The notes below the pieces were generated by a model that made no database searches, was not told the origin of the DNA, and saw only the letters and a list, made by a program, of their open reading frames with translations. Source: an uncultured archaeon (GTDB lineage Archaea > Iainarchaeota > Iainarchaeia > Iainarchaeales > CSSED10-239). Taken from it: a stretch of 25,262 nt of DNA. Position numbers and translations under genes: made by a program. Shown piece by piece: positions 9,271-18,712 of the stretch (the first letter of the stretch is position 1; each line of letters opens with the position of its first letter). The stretch lies in NCBI GenBank assembly GCA_964496765.1, contig CAZCAP010000011.1:1-25262 (forward strand), in the 5' to 3' direction.

Positions 9271-9893
9271 GACAGGTTGCACTTACTAGGTTTAGAGAAT
9301 AGGATTCATCTAAATCTAAAACACCTAACTCTGCATCCTGTCTAACAATACTAAAAAAATCAGAATCCATTGACAATAATTTAGAACTACCGCTATTAAC
9401 ATTTGTTTTAAATAAACCAATTACAGACATGTTCTGTCCATAAATATCTTTACCAAGTACAGATAATGTAAAATTAGCAAAATCTTCTGTTGAATTATTT
9501 GTAATTAAAAAATTCACTTTTTTTGTGATTGTATTAATTGTACAAAATTCAATTTTATATTTTGCATTCTTACATTCTAATTCAGATAATACTTTTAGAT
9601 TTTCAGTAGTATCATCTAATTGTGTTCTCATTGAATTTTTTGACCAAGCAAGAATAGCACTTACTAAAATTGTTGCAATTAATATAACTAAGACTATTAC
9701 TATGATTGAAGAAACTGCTTTCTTCTTATTCGCTGCCCTAATTGTCTTATTGTGCTTATGCTTCATTATTAATAATCTCTTTGTAACTTAACCCATAATT
9801 GAATATACATTTCAATTACAAATATTAATATCTATTACTTCAAATGATAACAATTTTGTTTAATTCCCCTAAAATTATATATTATTAATTATA

Positions 9894-10247
9894 CTATACC
9901 CATTTAAACCTATCGTTAATTTTAACAAAATTAGACTTTACCTTGATAGGCATCTCAAGTATGTATTTCGCTGGTCTTTTTGAGAGATAAAACCAAAAAG
10001 GAATTGCTTTTTTTTTGATATCAACAACTTTTTTGTTCTTGTCAAGAAAAATAACTTTAATTGGATAGAACACAAACATCATGTGTATTGATGAACCAAT
10101 TATTGATTCTGTTGGTCTTTCAAAAATCAAACAATAATCAAAATATTTTCTTCTTGAGAACATGAGTCCAAGGGCTTGTTTAAATTCAGTATCTGCAATC
10201 TTAACTTTCTTAATAATCATTTTTTTCTTAGTTACATTGTACAGCAA
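9894..10247 (-). CDS. DUF192 family protein
   Basis: QALGLMFSRR...LIFERP...IHMMFVFYPIKVIFLDKNKKVVDIK...AKYILEMP pattern. Confidence 0.85.
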   Translation of the reverse strand: MLYNVTKKKMIIKKVKIADTEFKQALGLMFSRRKYFDYCLIFERPTESIIGSSIHMMFVFYPIKVIFLDKNKKVVDIKKKAIPFWFYLSKRPAKYILEMPIKVKSNFVKINDRFKWV

Positions 10248-10348
10248 ATCAGATCACCTAATCTTTTAATTAAAAACAAACTTAATTTTTAATTTAAAAG
10301 TATATTTATTCAATATATTATATATAGAAAGATCATGAAAATAATTAA

Positions 10349-11494
10349 TCACAATTCAACAACCACATAATAATAAATTATATATCTTGCTCCATCTTTA
10401 ACAATATTAAAATTATAAAAGGTTGCATCATTTACAAGAATAGTGTATTTTGCACAATTAAGTTTACACTCCCTATCATCTCCCGCAATAAAGTAAACCT
10501 CTTCAATTCCAACCCCATCACTTATGTACTTAGAACTAATTGACTCAAGAGATATTATCCTATCAAGAGTTATGTTTTCTGCACCAGTTAATTCCATGTG
10601 ATTAATACTTTCAACTAGAACATCAGCAGCCGTTGGTTTTGGAATGAACACCTGAAATAAAATAATAACAATAATAAAAAAGATACCAATGTATTTCAAG
10701 AATTCAATACTCTTTCCACCTTTTATGGAATGCATAACAAAGGCAGTAAAGAAAGATAATAGCAAACCAATATACAATAGAAAGTTATCAATAAACAACC
10801 TAGTTACTAAATCAGTATTTGAATACCATAAAAAGTTTCTACCAATCAATACATCAAAGTAAACCAAAACAAACAAAAAGATAATAAAAAAAACAATTGC
10901 TAAATAGTAGAGATTCTTAAAATATTTTTTTTTAAGATTCTCTTCCTTATAAATAGAAATGTCCTTGGAAATGTTTAATAGAACCCTGTTTAGAGGAACA
11001 TCACTTGTTTTAAATGTGTCCAGCAAAACAAGAGTGTGATTAATTATTGGGCTCTTAATTTCTTGATTAATGGATAATAGAGCATTATAAAGATCATCAC
11101 CCCAGGATAGCCTGGTTGCCATTCTTCTTACTTCAGAATCTATTGAACCATAGATATTATTGTTAGAGAGGTTCGTTAATGCAATTGCAAGGTTCTTTGT
11201 TGCCTTTTGCTCTCTTGAAAGATCCTGAAGAAAATACCCAAATTCTGCTTCAATTGATTTTCGTTTAGTGTATTTAATAACATATTCCAAAAGAAACCCA
11301 AGTGAACAAACAACAACACCAAATATTAATAATAGATAATAGATTGAACTAAGAAAGAAAAATCTATTTGTTATAAAAATAATTAATAATCCAGAAAGAA
11401 TACCAGCAATTTCAAGTATATCATATTCATGACTATAAAAGAATAGCATGAACTTATCTTCTAGCTTGTTTGCTTTTAATTTGTTTTCAACCAT
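10349..11494 (-). CDS. Type II secretion F-like / FlaJ-TadC-like membrane protein (second T2SF unit)
   Basis: FGYFLQDLSREQKATKNLAIALTNLSNNNIYGSIDSEVRRMATRLSWGDDLYNAL, followed by TM segments; sits in an operon with the FlaI-like protein. Confidence 0.75.
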   Translation of the reverse strand: MVENKLKANKLEDKFMLFFYSHEYDILEIAGILSGLLIIFITNRFFFLSSIYYLLLIFGVVVCSLGFLLEYVIKYTKRKSIEAEFGYFLQDLSREQKATKNLAIALTNLSNNNIYGSIDSEVRRMATRLSWGDDLYNALLSINQEIKSPIINHTLVLLDTFKTSDVPLNRVLLNISKDISIYKEENLKKKYFKNLYYLAIVFFIIFLFVLVYFDVLIGRNFLWYSNTDLVTRLFIDNFLLYIGLLLSFFTAFVMHSIKGGKSIEFLKYIGIFFIIVIILFQVFIPKPTAADVLVESINHMELTGAENITLDRIISLESISSKYISDGVGIEEVYFIAGDDRECKLNCAKYTILVNDATFYNFNIVKDGARYIIYYYVVVEL

Positions 11495-11522
11495 AAATTA
11501 TCTTCACTTAACTTAAATTTCA

Positions 11523-12365
11523 TTACTTGAATAATATTACCACTAGAACAAACTCCACAATAGGGAATATTATTGCAATAAACATTAATAAACTTCTTAT
11601 TGTTTCCATATCTAGAGGAATTAAAAATATACTTGATAAAAGAATAATCACGAAAAAGAATAAAAATATGTTAACTTCAAACAAAAGATTTATGCTTGAT
11701 TTCTTTTGCTCGCTAGCTTCTTTTCTTAATTGCTCAAGACTTGTTAAAAACTCACTAACCACCTTTCCTATCTGGTCCCTATTATCAATAACATCAATTA
11801 ATCTTCTAAAAAAATTCTTTTCAAGCTCAGAATAGGTTTCCCTAATAACCTGACGAAGAGTATCCTTAAGATTCAAATTAAGATTTGAAACTGTTATTAT
11901 TTTTTTTGCTTCTTCACTTAGTAACTTATTGTTCTCTAATTTTTGTAATATGTTTAATATGTCCTTTATGGTAAGTGCCTTATCCTCTAGAACAGATAGG
12001 TGCCTTATTGTGTTTTCAAGTTCGAAATCTATTTCTTTCTTCTTGGACTCAAGTATATAGTAGGGAAATTTACAGAGTAATATGAAAACTAGGCTTGCAA
12101 AGGTAAAGGATAATAAAAGAGTTATAAAAAAGGAAAACATATTAAATAAAATATTTAGTTTGACCATAACTAGAATAATTCCAAATTCAATTAATAAAAA
12201 GAGCAAGAAAGAAGTTAATAAAACATTTGAAAGGTATGTAATTGCATCTTCATTTATGTTTGCATAGGTAAGCACTTTTGTGAAATTCTTGAATCTATTT
12301 TCAAATGTTGAAACTAATTCCCCAAAAAGGTATGTGGATAGTTTCGTAAATATTTTTCCAAACAT
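11523..12365 (-). CDS. Type II secretion F-like / FlaJ-like membrane protein (first T2SF unit)
   Basis: EIDFELENTIRHLSVLEDKALTIKDILNILQKLE... between TM segments; adjacent to ATPase homologue. Confidence 0.65.
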   Translation of the reverse strand: MFGKIFTKLSTYLFGELVSTFENRFKNFTKVLTYANINEDAITYLSNVLLTSFLLFLLIEFGIILVMVKLNILFNMFSFFITLLLSFTFASLVFILLCKFPYYILESKKKEIDFELENTIRHLSVLEDKALTIKDILNILQKLENNKLLSEEAKKIITVSNLNLNLKDTLRQVIRETYSELEKNFFRRLIDVIDNRDQIGKVVSEFLTSLEQLRKEASEQKKSSINLLFEVNIFLFFFVIILLSSIFLIPLDMETIRSLLMFIAIIFPIVEFVLVVILFK

Positions 12366-12396
12366 ATTTGTTTACACTTCTTTATTATTTTTTGGT

Positions 12397-15300
12397 TTAT
12401 GCAAGTAAATCTATTCCTAGTCTTTTTACAACCTTATCTTCATCTATTAAAAACTCTGTAATTATACTATTAAAATCACGATAGTCTGCTATATTTGTAT
12501 CACTCAACCATCTCATGTATTTCTTTCTTTTATTGAAATTAACAATATCAATTGTGGATGATAATAGGTTTAAATGATAGGCCCTATCCTTAGTTGAAAG
12601 CTCAACAGTAATAAAATCATTCCTATCTACAATTTCTTCAATTTTAACTATTTGAGTGGTTTCATTAAACCCAAGTTTTAATTTTTTGAGTTCAATTATA
12701 ATTGCTTTTTGACCCATATTTTTCATATTTTCTCTTAGCTGTGGAATCTGACTATAGTTCACATAGCAGAGATTAATTGAATACCAAGGAATATCAAATA
12801 TATCACTTCCAAACTCATCCACAAATATATAATCTGGTCTCTCTGATATTGTGTGTTGGATAATTGTTTTTTTATCAATATCCTCTGATCCAGTAACCAC
12901 TCTTTTTATCCATTGTTTTTGTGGAAGTTTAATTCTATCATAGGACTGAATAGATATTATTTTTTTATCAGGATATAATAAGCCCACTGAATTCAAGAAA
13001 ATAAAAGAAGTATCATCTCCTGTTAATATTACTTTATAATCTTCACTTATTGCACTCCAAATGTATGCAAAAACATCAATAGTTCCAACTCCTGATTTAA
13101 TTAATGTAACTGGGGTTAATGGTGCTTCAAGATATTTCTTAATAACAAATGAAGAGCCCTTGCTACTTAGATCTCCTGCTGAGAATAATCCTTCAACCTT
13201 GTAGCCGTTTGGAAGATAACCTTCAATTATTGGGTGTGCAGAATTAACATACATGCCCATGTTCTTTGTTAGAAGAAGAACAAATTGGTTTAGTTTATTT
13301 ATGTTATCAAAATTTATATTTGTTTCTAGAGTACCATAATCTAGATGATAAACAATCACACTTGTTTTCTCTCCTGCACAGGAAACCTCAAGCACTTTCT
13401 TATCTGACAATAGTGCAGTCAATATTCCTAGTCCTGAAAACTCTCTCTGTATGAACTTATAAAATAATTTCTTATCAAGTGAATTTACCTGGTAGGCTAG
13501 CTTTGATATTGCAATATCAAATATTTTTTTTGTGTATTGCTCAAGAGTATATTTATCTCCACTAAATGTATAATAATTTTGATCAATGGAATTAAAGAAT
13601 ATTTTCTTAATCTCATAGAAGACCTTATTCTGTTCAGGAGTTAGATCAAGTTGCACCATGTTATAGAATAATCCCTTATCTTTGACATAGGAGATTGTAA
13701 CATAGGTGAACTCATCAAGAGCATACTTTTCAAAAACCTTTGTAACATCCAAATCAATTACATTCATTGGTATTGAATAAACCAGAGATTGAATTTTGTC
13801 TTTTTCAAAATTAAAGGCACGAGGGGTTGAGTATACTCCTTCTTGTCCAACAAATCCTGCATTCTTAAAAGAATCAGCTCTTGCATCCTTTGGAAGAATA
13901 TAGGACATTCTTTTATCCTTTGGGCTAGGAGCAACATCTTTATTAAGATAAACCTCACTTTCTGCTTTTGGCTCAATCTTTGGGAGTTGGGTTTGTAAAT
14001 CAACTACCTTTACTTCAGTTGGCCTATTCCTCTCTTGATTCATAAATATATTTAATTTTGCTTTTTCTTCTTCCAACTCTTTTTCAAGAACAGATATTCT
14101 AGGATCTGGTTTTGAAGGCACCTGCTCAGGAGATGCTTCTTTTTTGCTTTCAACAAAAATATTTATATTTTGCTTTTTTGAAGGATCTTGTTTTTTATAA
14201 TCTTTTTCTTTTTTTAATTTATTTTCATTTAATCTTTGTAGATTATCTTCTACCTTTTTATTCAGTTCTGGTCCTGATTTGGTATCCACGAAGGTTGGTA
14301 TATGCATGTCCTCCTGGCGAAGTTCCATTGATTCACTAAACTTATTATTAACTAAGCTATCAATGTCTGCGATATTATCTTTAATGGGAATAATTTCTGG
14401 AATAGTTAATTCTTCAATAATTGCATCTGTGTTTAGTTCCTGTTCTAGTTTCTTTCTTGAGCTTAATATTTGTTTTTTATCTAAGCTTTTTTCTTTTTCT
14501 TCCTGAGTTGCAATTAATTTTGCTTTTGCAAGTTTTGAAAGATCATCAATCTTTGAATAAAGATTTTGAACATTATAGGTTTTATAGGATATCTTACTTA
14601 CCTTAGGGAGTTCACCAGTGAAGCTATACAACTCAAGCATAGCATCATCAGAAATTAATGTTTTGGTTCTTCTATCAAGTTCAGATAATAATTCATTTAT
14701 ATCTTCAACAACAATTATTTTCATTTTTGGTTTTTTATGAATTTGTTTATTAATTTTATCAATATTTTTTTTATCCTCAACAACAACAGTAACATCTTCT
14801 AAATCTGCCTTGGTATATCTTTTATTTAGAGTTTCTTCTATTTCTTTTTGTATGCTTTCCTGGAGATTCCTTTGCTGTCTTTCATGGAATTGTTTTTCTA
14901 ATGTTTCTGGGAGTTTATCCAGAGGAATAGACATTGGAAGTTCATGCAATTCATCAGGTTTGAAATCATAAATTTCTGATGGTAACTCCTGAGGAATAAC
15001 AATTGGAAGCTCCTGGGGAATAACAATTGGAAGTTCCTGAGGGATAACAATTGGTAACTCCTGAGGAATAACTTCTGGAAGTTCCTGAGGGATAACAACT
15101 GGTAGTTCCTGAGGAACAATTACTGGTAGCTCCTGGGGAACAATCATTGGTTCCTCTACACTAGTCAAATCTGGTTCTTCTCTCAATAGTTTAGGTTCTG
15201 GTTTATCTAAAGAAGGAGAAATAATTGGTTTATCTAGTTCATCAAATATATCTTTGGGAACTGCAGTTACTGGAATTATTGGTTTTTCTTCTGGATAATT

Positions 15301-15795
15301 TTTCTTGACCTTTGAGACAATCTTTTCTGATTCTAATTCTTTTGGGATTGGCTTTTCCAGAGGAGGAGAAGCTAATTTATTTTCATCAACATCATCTAAT
15401 TTAATTTTTTTAATCTCAATAACTGGTTCTGGCTCCTTTATTTGCTCACCTTTATGCAAGGATTTAAAATCAAATAATTTAATTCCAGGAGCTTTGACCT
15501 CATTGAAATCAATTTTATCTTCTTTTGAATCATTTACATCATCTTCAGTAACCGTTATTTTCCTTCTAGCGGTTCTACTTTTCAATGGAGTAAAATGAGT
15601 AATATTTTCATGATGTTCATCCTCAGCAACAGAAATAGAAGAAGATATTTTTGAGGTAATTTCACTAGTTAAATCAATCTTTTCAGAAACAGGTTCATTA
15701 TCTGGCACACCTATGGTTGAATTAATCTTTTTTAAAGTGATACCTGTATCACTGTTCTTGTCTCTTTCATTCGTTGACTTTTTATATTTTTTCAT
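12397..15795 (-). CDS. FlaI/TadA/GspE-family secretion ATPase homologue with ~560-aa low-complexity N-terminal extension and degenerate catalytic motifs
   Basis: YHLDYGTLETNINF, HPIIEGYLPNGYKVEGLFSAGDLSSKGSSFVIKKYLEAPLTPVTLI, ERPDYIFVDEFGSD align with FlaI/GspE, but the Walker A position reads LTGDDTSFIFLN. Confidence 0.8.
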   Translation of the reverse strand: MKKYKKSTNERDKNSDTGITLKKINSTIGVPDNEPVSEKIDLTSEITSKISSSISVAEDEHHENITHFTPLKSRTARRKITVTEDDVNDSKEDKIDFNEVKAPGIKLFDFKSLHKGEQIKEPEPVIEIKKIKLDDVDENKLASPPLEKPIPKELESEKIVSKVKKNYPEEKPIIPVTAVPKDIFDELDKPIISPSLDKPEPKLLREEPDLTSVEEPMIVPQELPVIVPQELPVVIPQELPEVIPQELPIVIPQELPIVIPQELPIVIPQELPSEIYDFKPDELHELPMSIPLDKLPETLEKQFHERQQRNLQESIQKEIEETLNKRYTKADLEDVTVVVEDKKNIDKINKQIHKKPKMKIIVVEDINELLSELDRRTKTLISDDAMLELYSFTGELPKVSKISYKTYNVQNLYSKIDDLSKLAKAKLIATQEEKEKSLDKKQILSSRKKLEQELNTDAIIEELTIPEIIPIKDNIADIDSLVNNKFSESMELRQEDMHIPTFVDTKSGPELNKKVEDNLQRLNENKLKKEKDYKKQDPSKKQNINIFVESKKEASPEQVPSKPDPRISVLEKELEEEKAKLNIFMNQERNRPTEVKVVDLQTQLPKIEPKAESEVYLNKDVAPSPKDKRMSYILPKDARADSFKNAGFVGQEGVYSTPRAFNFEKDKIQSLVYSIPMNVIDLDVTKVFEKYALDEFTYVTISYVKDKGLFYNMVQLDLTPEQNKVFYEIKKIFFNSIDQNYYTFSGDKYTLEQYTKKIFDIAISKLAYQVNSLDKKLFYKFIQREFSGLGILTALLSDKKVLEVSCAGEKTSVIVYHLDYGTLETNINFDNINKLNQFVLLLTKNMGMYVNSAHPIIEGYLPNGYKVEGLFSAGDLSSKGSSFVIKKYLEAPLTPVTLIKSGVGTIDVFAYIWSAISEDYKVILTGDDTSFIFLNSVGLLYPDKKIISIQSYDRIKLPQKQWIKRVVTGSEDIDKKTIIQHTISERPDYIFVDEFGSDIFDIPWYSINLCYVNYSQIPQLRENMKNMGQKAIIIELKKLKLGFNETTQIVKIEEIVDRNDFITVELSTKDRAYHLNLLSSTIDIVNFNKRKKYMRWLSDTNIADYRDFNSIITEFLIDEDKVVKRLGIDLLA
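14981..15150 (-). repeat. 24-bp tandem repeat, about 7 copies, encoding PQELPxVI octapeptides
   Basis: Protein reads VPQELPVIVPQELPVVIPQELPEVIPQELPIVIPQELPIVIPQELPIVIPQELPS. Confidence 0.9.
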
Positions 15796-15889
15796 AGGTA
15801 ACTTTTCATAAACAACTATAGGTCATATAGTTATATACTATAAGTATAACAGATAAGTATATTTAAAAATATATCTTAGTTTTAGAAAC

Positions 15890-16630
15890 CTAGAGGAATG
15901 CAGAAAAGTATTGAAATATAAATGGAAACCTAAAAACAAATAGAATAATAACTGTAAAAATATAGGACAATAGGATAAGCAAAATAAATGGAAGAAGTGG
16001 TGAAACCCAAACATATTTGATATGGTGTTGCTTTGAAAACTTTTTAAGCCTATTGATTTCCAAGAGTGGATTAAAGTTAGGAATAAATTTAGTTTCTCTT
16101 ACAATCCTACCATTCCTATAGCTTATTTTTTCAAGAGGAGTATTAAACTCATTTAAGCTTGATATTTTCTTAGGAGTTCCAAGAAACATGAGACAAATGG
16201 ATTTAAACAAGGGATAACTTGGATAGTAGCCTCTAAATTTGTTATAGAAAAATAATAAAATAGGAATTCCAAGCATAAATAACAAAGCAAACAAGAAAAC
16301 AACTATAACAAATAAATATGAATACATGCTTGTGAATGCAAGTGCAACAATTGTATAGAGATCGCCTTCACCAAGATATGCAAGCTTGGTTAGTCTCCCA
16401 ATCAAATAAATTATTAATACAAAACCAAAAACAATTGCAATTTGAATAAAGTAACTCTTCCACAAACCAAAATTAAATTGAAACACAAATATTCCTAAAT
16501 AAAAAAGTGACAGAATAGCCAATAGAATAAGATAAGTAATATTTATTTCTCTGGATTTAATATCCTGGTAGGAAACATATCCAAGTAACAAAATTGTTAA
16601 AATAATTATTGGAAGGTAAACTAAACTCAT
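15890..16630 (-). CDS. A24-family prepilin/preflagellin peptidase
   Basis: N-terminal TM + YQDIKSREI and LGEGDL (GxGD) motifs, multiple TMs. Confidence 0.85.
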   Translation of the reverse strand: MSLVYLPIIILTILLLGYVSYQDIKSREINITYLILLAILSLFYLGIFVFQFNFGLWKSYFIQIAIVFGFVLIIYLIGRLTKLAYLGEGDLYTIVALAFTSMYSYLFVIVVFLFALLFMLGIPILLFFYNKFRGYYPSYPLFKSICLMFLGTPKKISSLNEFNTPLEKISYRNGRIVRETKFIPNFNPLLEINRLKKFSKQHHIKYVWVSPLLPFILLILLSYIFTVIILFVFRFPFIFQYFSAFL

Positions 16631-16649
16631 CTAACATCACTAAAAATAT

Positions 16650-17579
16650 TTATTTTTTTTGTTTAATTGAATTCTTTGTTAAATACATCAGATCATTATA
16701 GGCTTTAATTTTGGTTTTCCTTGCAGTGGATCTAATGAATAACCCCTCAGTGTACTTGCCAGGAGGTCCAACAGCAACAATCTTTTTTGATTTAATTCTA
16801 TCAAGCAGGAAAGAAATTTGTTTATTAGTATCCATTTCTTCAAAAAATGTTTTTGGATTAGGAATATCAATGGTAAGTACTCCATTTCCAATTCTATCCA
16901 CATAATAACCTCCAGAACCAGCAGTAACATACTTTGCTTTTTGTCCAAGCTTAATTGCTGCAGAAAACTTAAAAACCACATCATAGCTCTTTTGATCTAT
17001 TTTTTTAGTAACTTTTTCAGATATCTTGGAAACACCAATTGCTTCAAAAAAGTTATGAATTTCAAAAAAATCAAGTAGTTTTTTTAAGGTTTTCAAGAAA
17101 AAAGAATCATACATATAATAAGATAAATAACCAAGAATTCCTGTATAGGCTTCAACACCAATGTTTTTTTCAGAAATTAATTTTTCAAGTTTTGGAAGAC
17201 CCATGATATAGGTTGCTGAGTTTTTAATTGATCCAAAGGGATGTGCAATAGAAATTAGATAATTTTTTTTAACACAAAAATCAATTAATCTTTTCAAAGA
17301 AACATTTGATTCATAGAGAATAGAATAATTATAAATATCATCATCATAGGCAAAAACAAGAACTTCTCCACAATCACTCATTATCTTCATTCCAGGAATT
17401 AAAATTTTATCCTTTGGTTTGATTGAAAGCAGATCAAAGTAAGCCTTCTTGGGATTACAATTATTGTATTCAGTTATTGCGGTTCCAAGAAGATTATTTT
17501 CAACAACCTGTGCCCAATATCTTTTAGGAGATTCTCTTGCTTTTCTTAAATGAGTATGTAAATCTAGATTATATAACAT
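16650..17579 (-). CDS. PHP domain metal-dependent phosphoesterase-like protein
   Basis: LDLHTHL start motif, ISIAHPFG, VTAGSGGYY regions. Confidence 0.7.
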   Translation of the reverse strand: MLYNLDLHTHLRKARESPKRYWAQVVENNLLGTAITEYNNCNPKKAYFDLLSIKPKDKILIPGMKIMSDCGEVLVFAYDDDIYNYSILYESNVSLKRLIDFCVKKNYLISIAHPFGSIKNSATYIMGLPKLEKLISEKNIGVEAYTGILGYLSYYMYDSFFLKTLKKLLDFFEIHNFFEAIGVSKISEKVTKKIDQKSYDVVFKFSAAIKLGQKAKYVTAGSGGYYVDRIGNGVLTIDIPNPKTFFEEMDTNKQISFLLDRIKSKKIVAVGPPGKYTEGLFIRSTARKTKIKAYNDLMYLTKNSIKQKK

Positions 17580-17587
17580 AATTATTC

Positions 17588-18712
17588 CTATTTATTACTT
17601 GCATAATATTTTTTCAAGTAAGTTTTTGTATCCTTTAGAAATTTATTTTTAAATTCTGCTTTCACAAGTCCAGCAGCAGCAAAGGGATGTCCTCCAAATT
17701 TACAATAGTTATCATAAATTGATTTTAGGTGTTTAATCACATTAAATTTAGTTGTATTTGTTCTAAAGGATATTGCATATTCATTTTTTATTTTCACTAG
17801 GATCAATGTATTATATCCACTAAATGCAAATTCTAATTGATTTTGAATAAGCCTTCTAGCCCCATTTTCTTTTTCATTAAGATTAAATAAAATTAATTTC
17901 TCTTTTTCATATTTTTTATATTTTTTTAAACATTTGAGTAGAAGTTTATCCCTGGTTTTGTTTATTTCTTTTTTTAAGTTTCGCAAATAAACTAAATCCT
18001 TTGAATCAGAAAAGAGATAATAAAAAATATTTCCTGAATCAATGCATTCTTTGAATGGAAGATAAATGTCCTCTATCTCAAGTGAATTATTAAAAAAGGA
18101 ATTAATAAACTCAACAAAATTGATTATCTCTGGTCTTGGAAGCCCCATAAAATAGTTTACTTCTTTTTCTTCATCAGTTAAAGGAATAAAAAATTCATTT
18201 GCTTCATAGATTGCATCAGTTATTCTTGCAACCAAGGAAAACCAACTTGGAAATTGTATGCTTGCTTTTGTTTTCACATACCCATAGGAATAGGCACCCA
18301 TTGATGGAACAACCTCTGTATTAAAATAATTAGCTATGTTTATCATATTCTCAGTTGTAAACTGATTCTTAGAACCTGCATGATGATCAATAATAAAATA
18401 ATTCAGTCCTTCAAATTTAGTGATAAACAATGGATCGAATTTATCTAATATAAGTATTGTTTTATTTTCAAAATTAAGCTTGCTACAATAGGAATCAAAA
18501 TTGTGCACATCCTCATAGGATATTGAATGAGTAATTACAACAAACCCAAGTGACCTGAAATATTTCTCAAAGCAATAGGCGGAAACCAATCCATCTAAAT
18601 CATCATGGGTTATTATTAAAATATTCTTATTATTAATTAATTTAATTTTATTAACTATATTATCTATCTTACTGTACATCTCTTCTTTTGGAATAAGATT
18701 ACCAGGATTCAT
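17588..18712 (-). CDS. DHH/DHHA1 family phosphoesterase
   Basis: LITHDDLDGLVSAYCFEKYF, FIIDHHAG, C-terminal GGHPFAAAGLV. Confidence 0.88.
   Translation of the reverse strand: MNPGNLIPKEEMYSKIDNIVNKIKLINNKNILIITHDDLDGLVSAYCFEKYFRSLGFVVITHSISYEDVHNFDSYCSKLNFENKTILILDKFDPLFITKFEGLNYFIIDHHAGSKNQFTTENMINIANYFNTEVVPSMGAYSYGYVKTKASIQFPSWFSLVARITDAIYEANEFFIPLTDEEKEVNYFMGLPRPEIINFVEFINSFFNNSLEIEDIYLPFKECIDSGNIFYYLFSDSKDLVYLRNLKKEINKTRDKLLLKCLKKYKKYEKEKLILFNLNEKENGARRLIQNQLEFAFSGYNTLILVKIKNEYAISFRTNTTKFNVIKHLKSIYDNYCKFGGHPFAAAGLVKAEFKNKFLKDTKTYLKKYYASNK

Larger units (their letters stand above)
5453..9766 (-). pseudogene. Giant pilin-anchored adhesin-like ORF (about 1437 codons), interrupted by one in-frame TAA at 8690..8692; track ORFs 5453..8557 and 8690..9766 are its two parts
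   Basis: Both ORFs share one frame. Translation reads ...SPEPG-stop-FTTTQNITLSGEEGSTIYYTTNGSDPTT..., exactly continuing the repeat. Modules: class III-like signal/TM, eight CHB_HEX-like repeats, Gly-rich domain, DUF1554-like domain, C-terminal beta-rich region. Confidence 0.8.

Noticed and set aside
13266-15598. Several 61-97-aa ORFs antisense to the ATPase homologue, and the alternate-frame minus ORFs at 13764 and 14898
   Set aside because: They overlap a long ORF with clear family homology and have no recognisable features.
15890-16630. Prepilin peptidase possibly inactive like its neighbour
   Set aside because: Both expected aspartate motifs (YQDIKSREI and GEGD) are present, so it appears intact.
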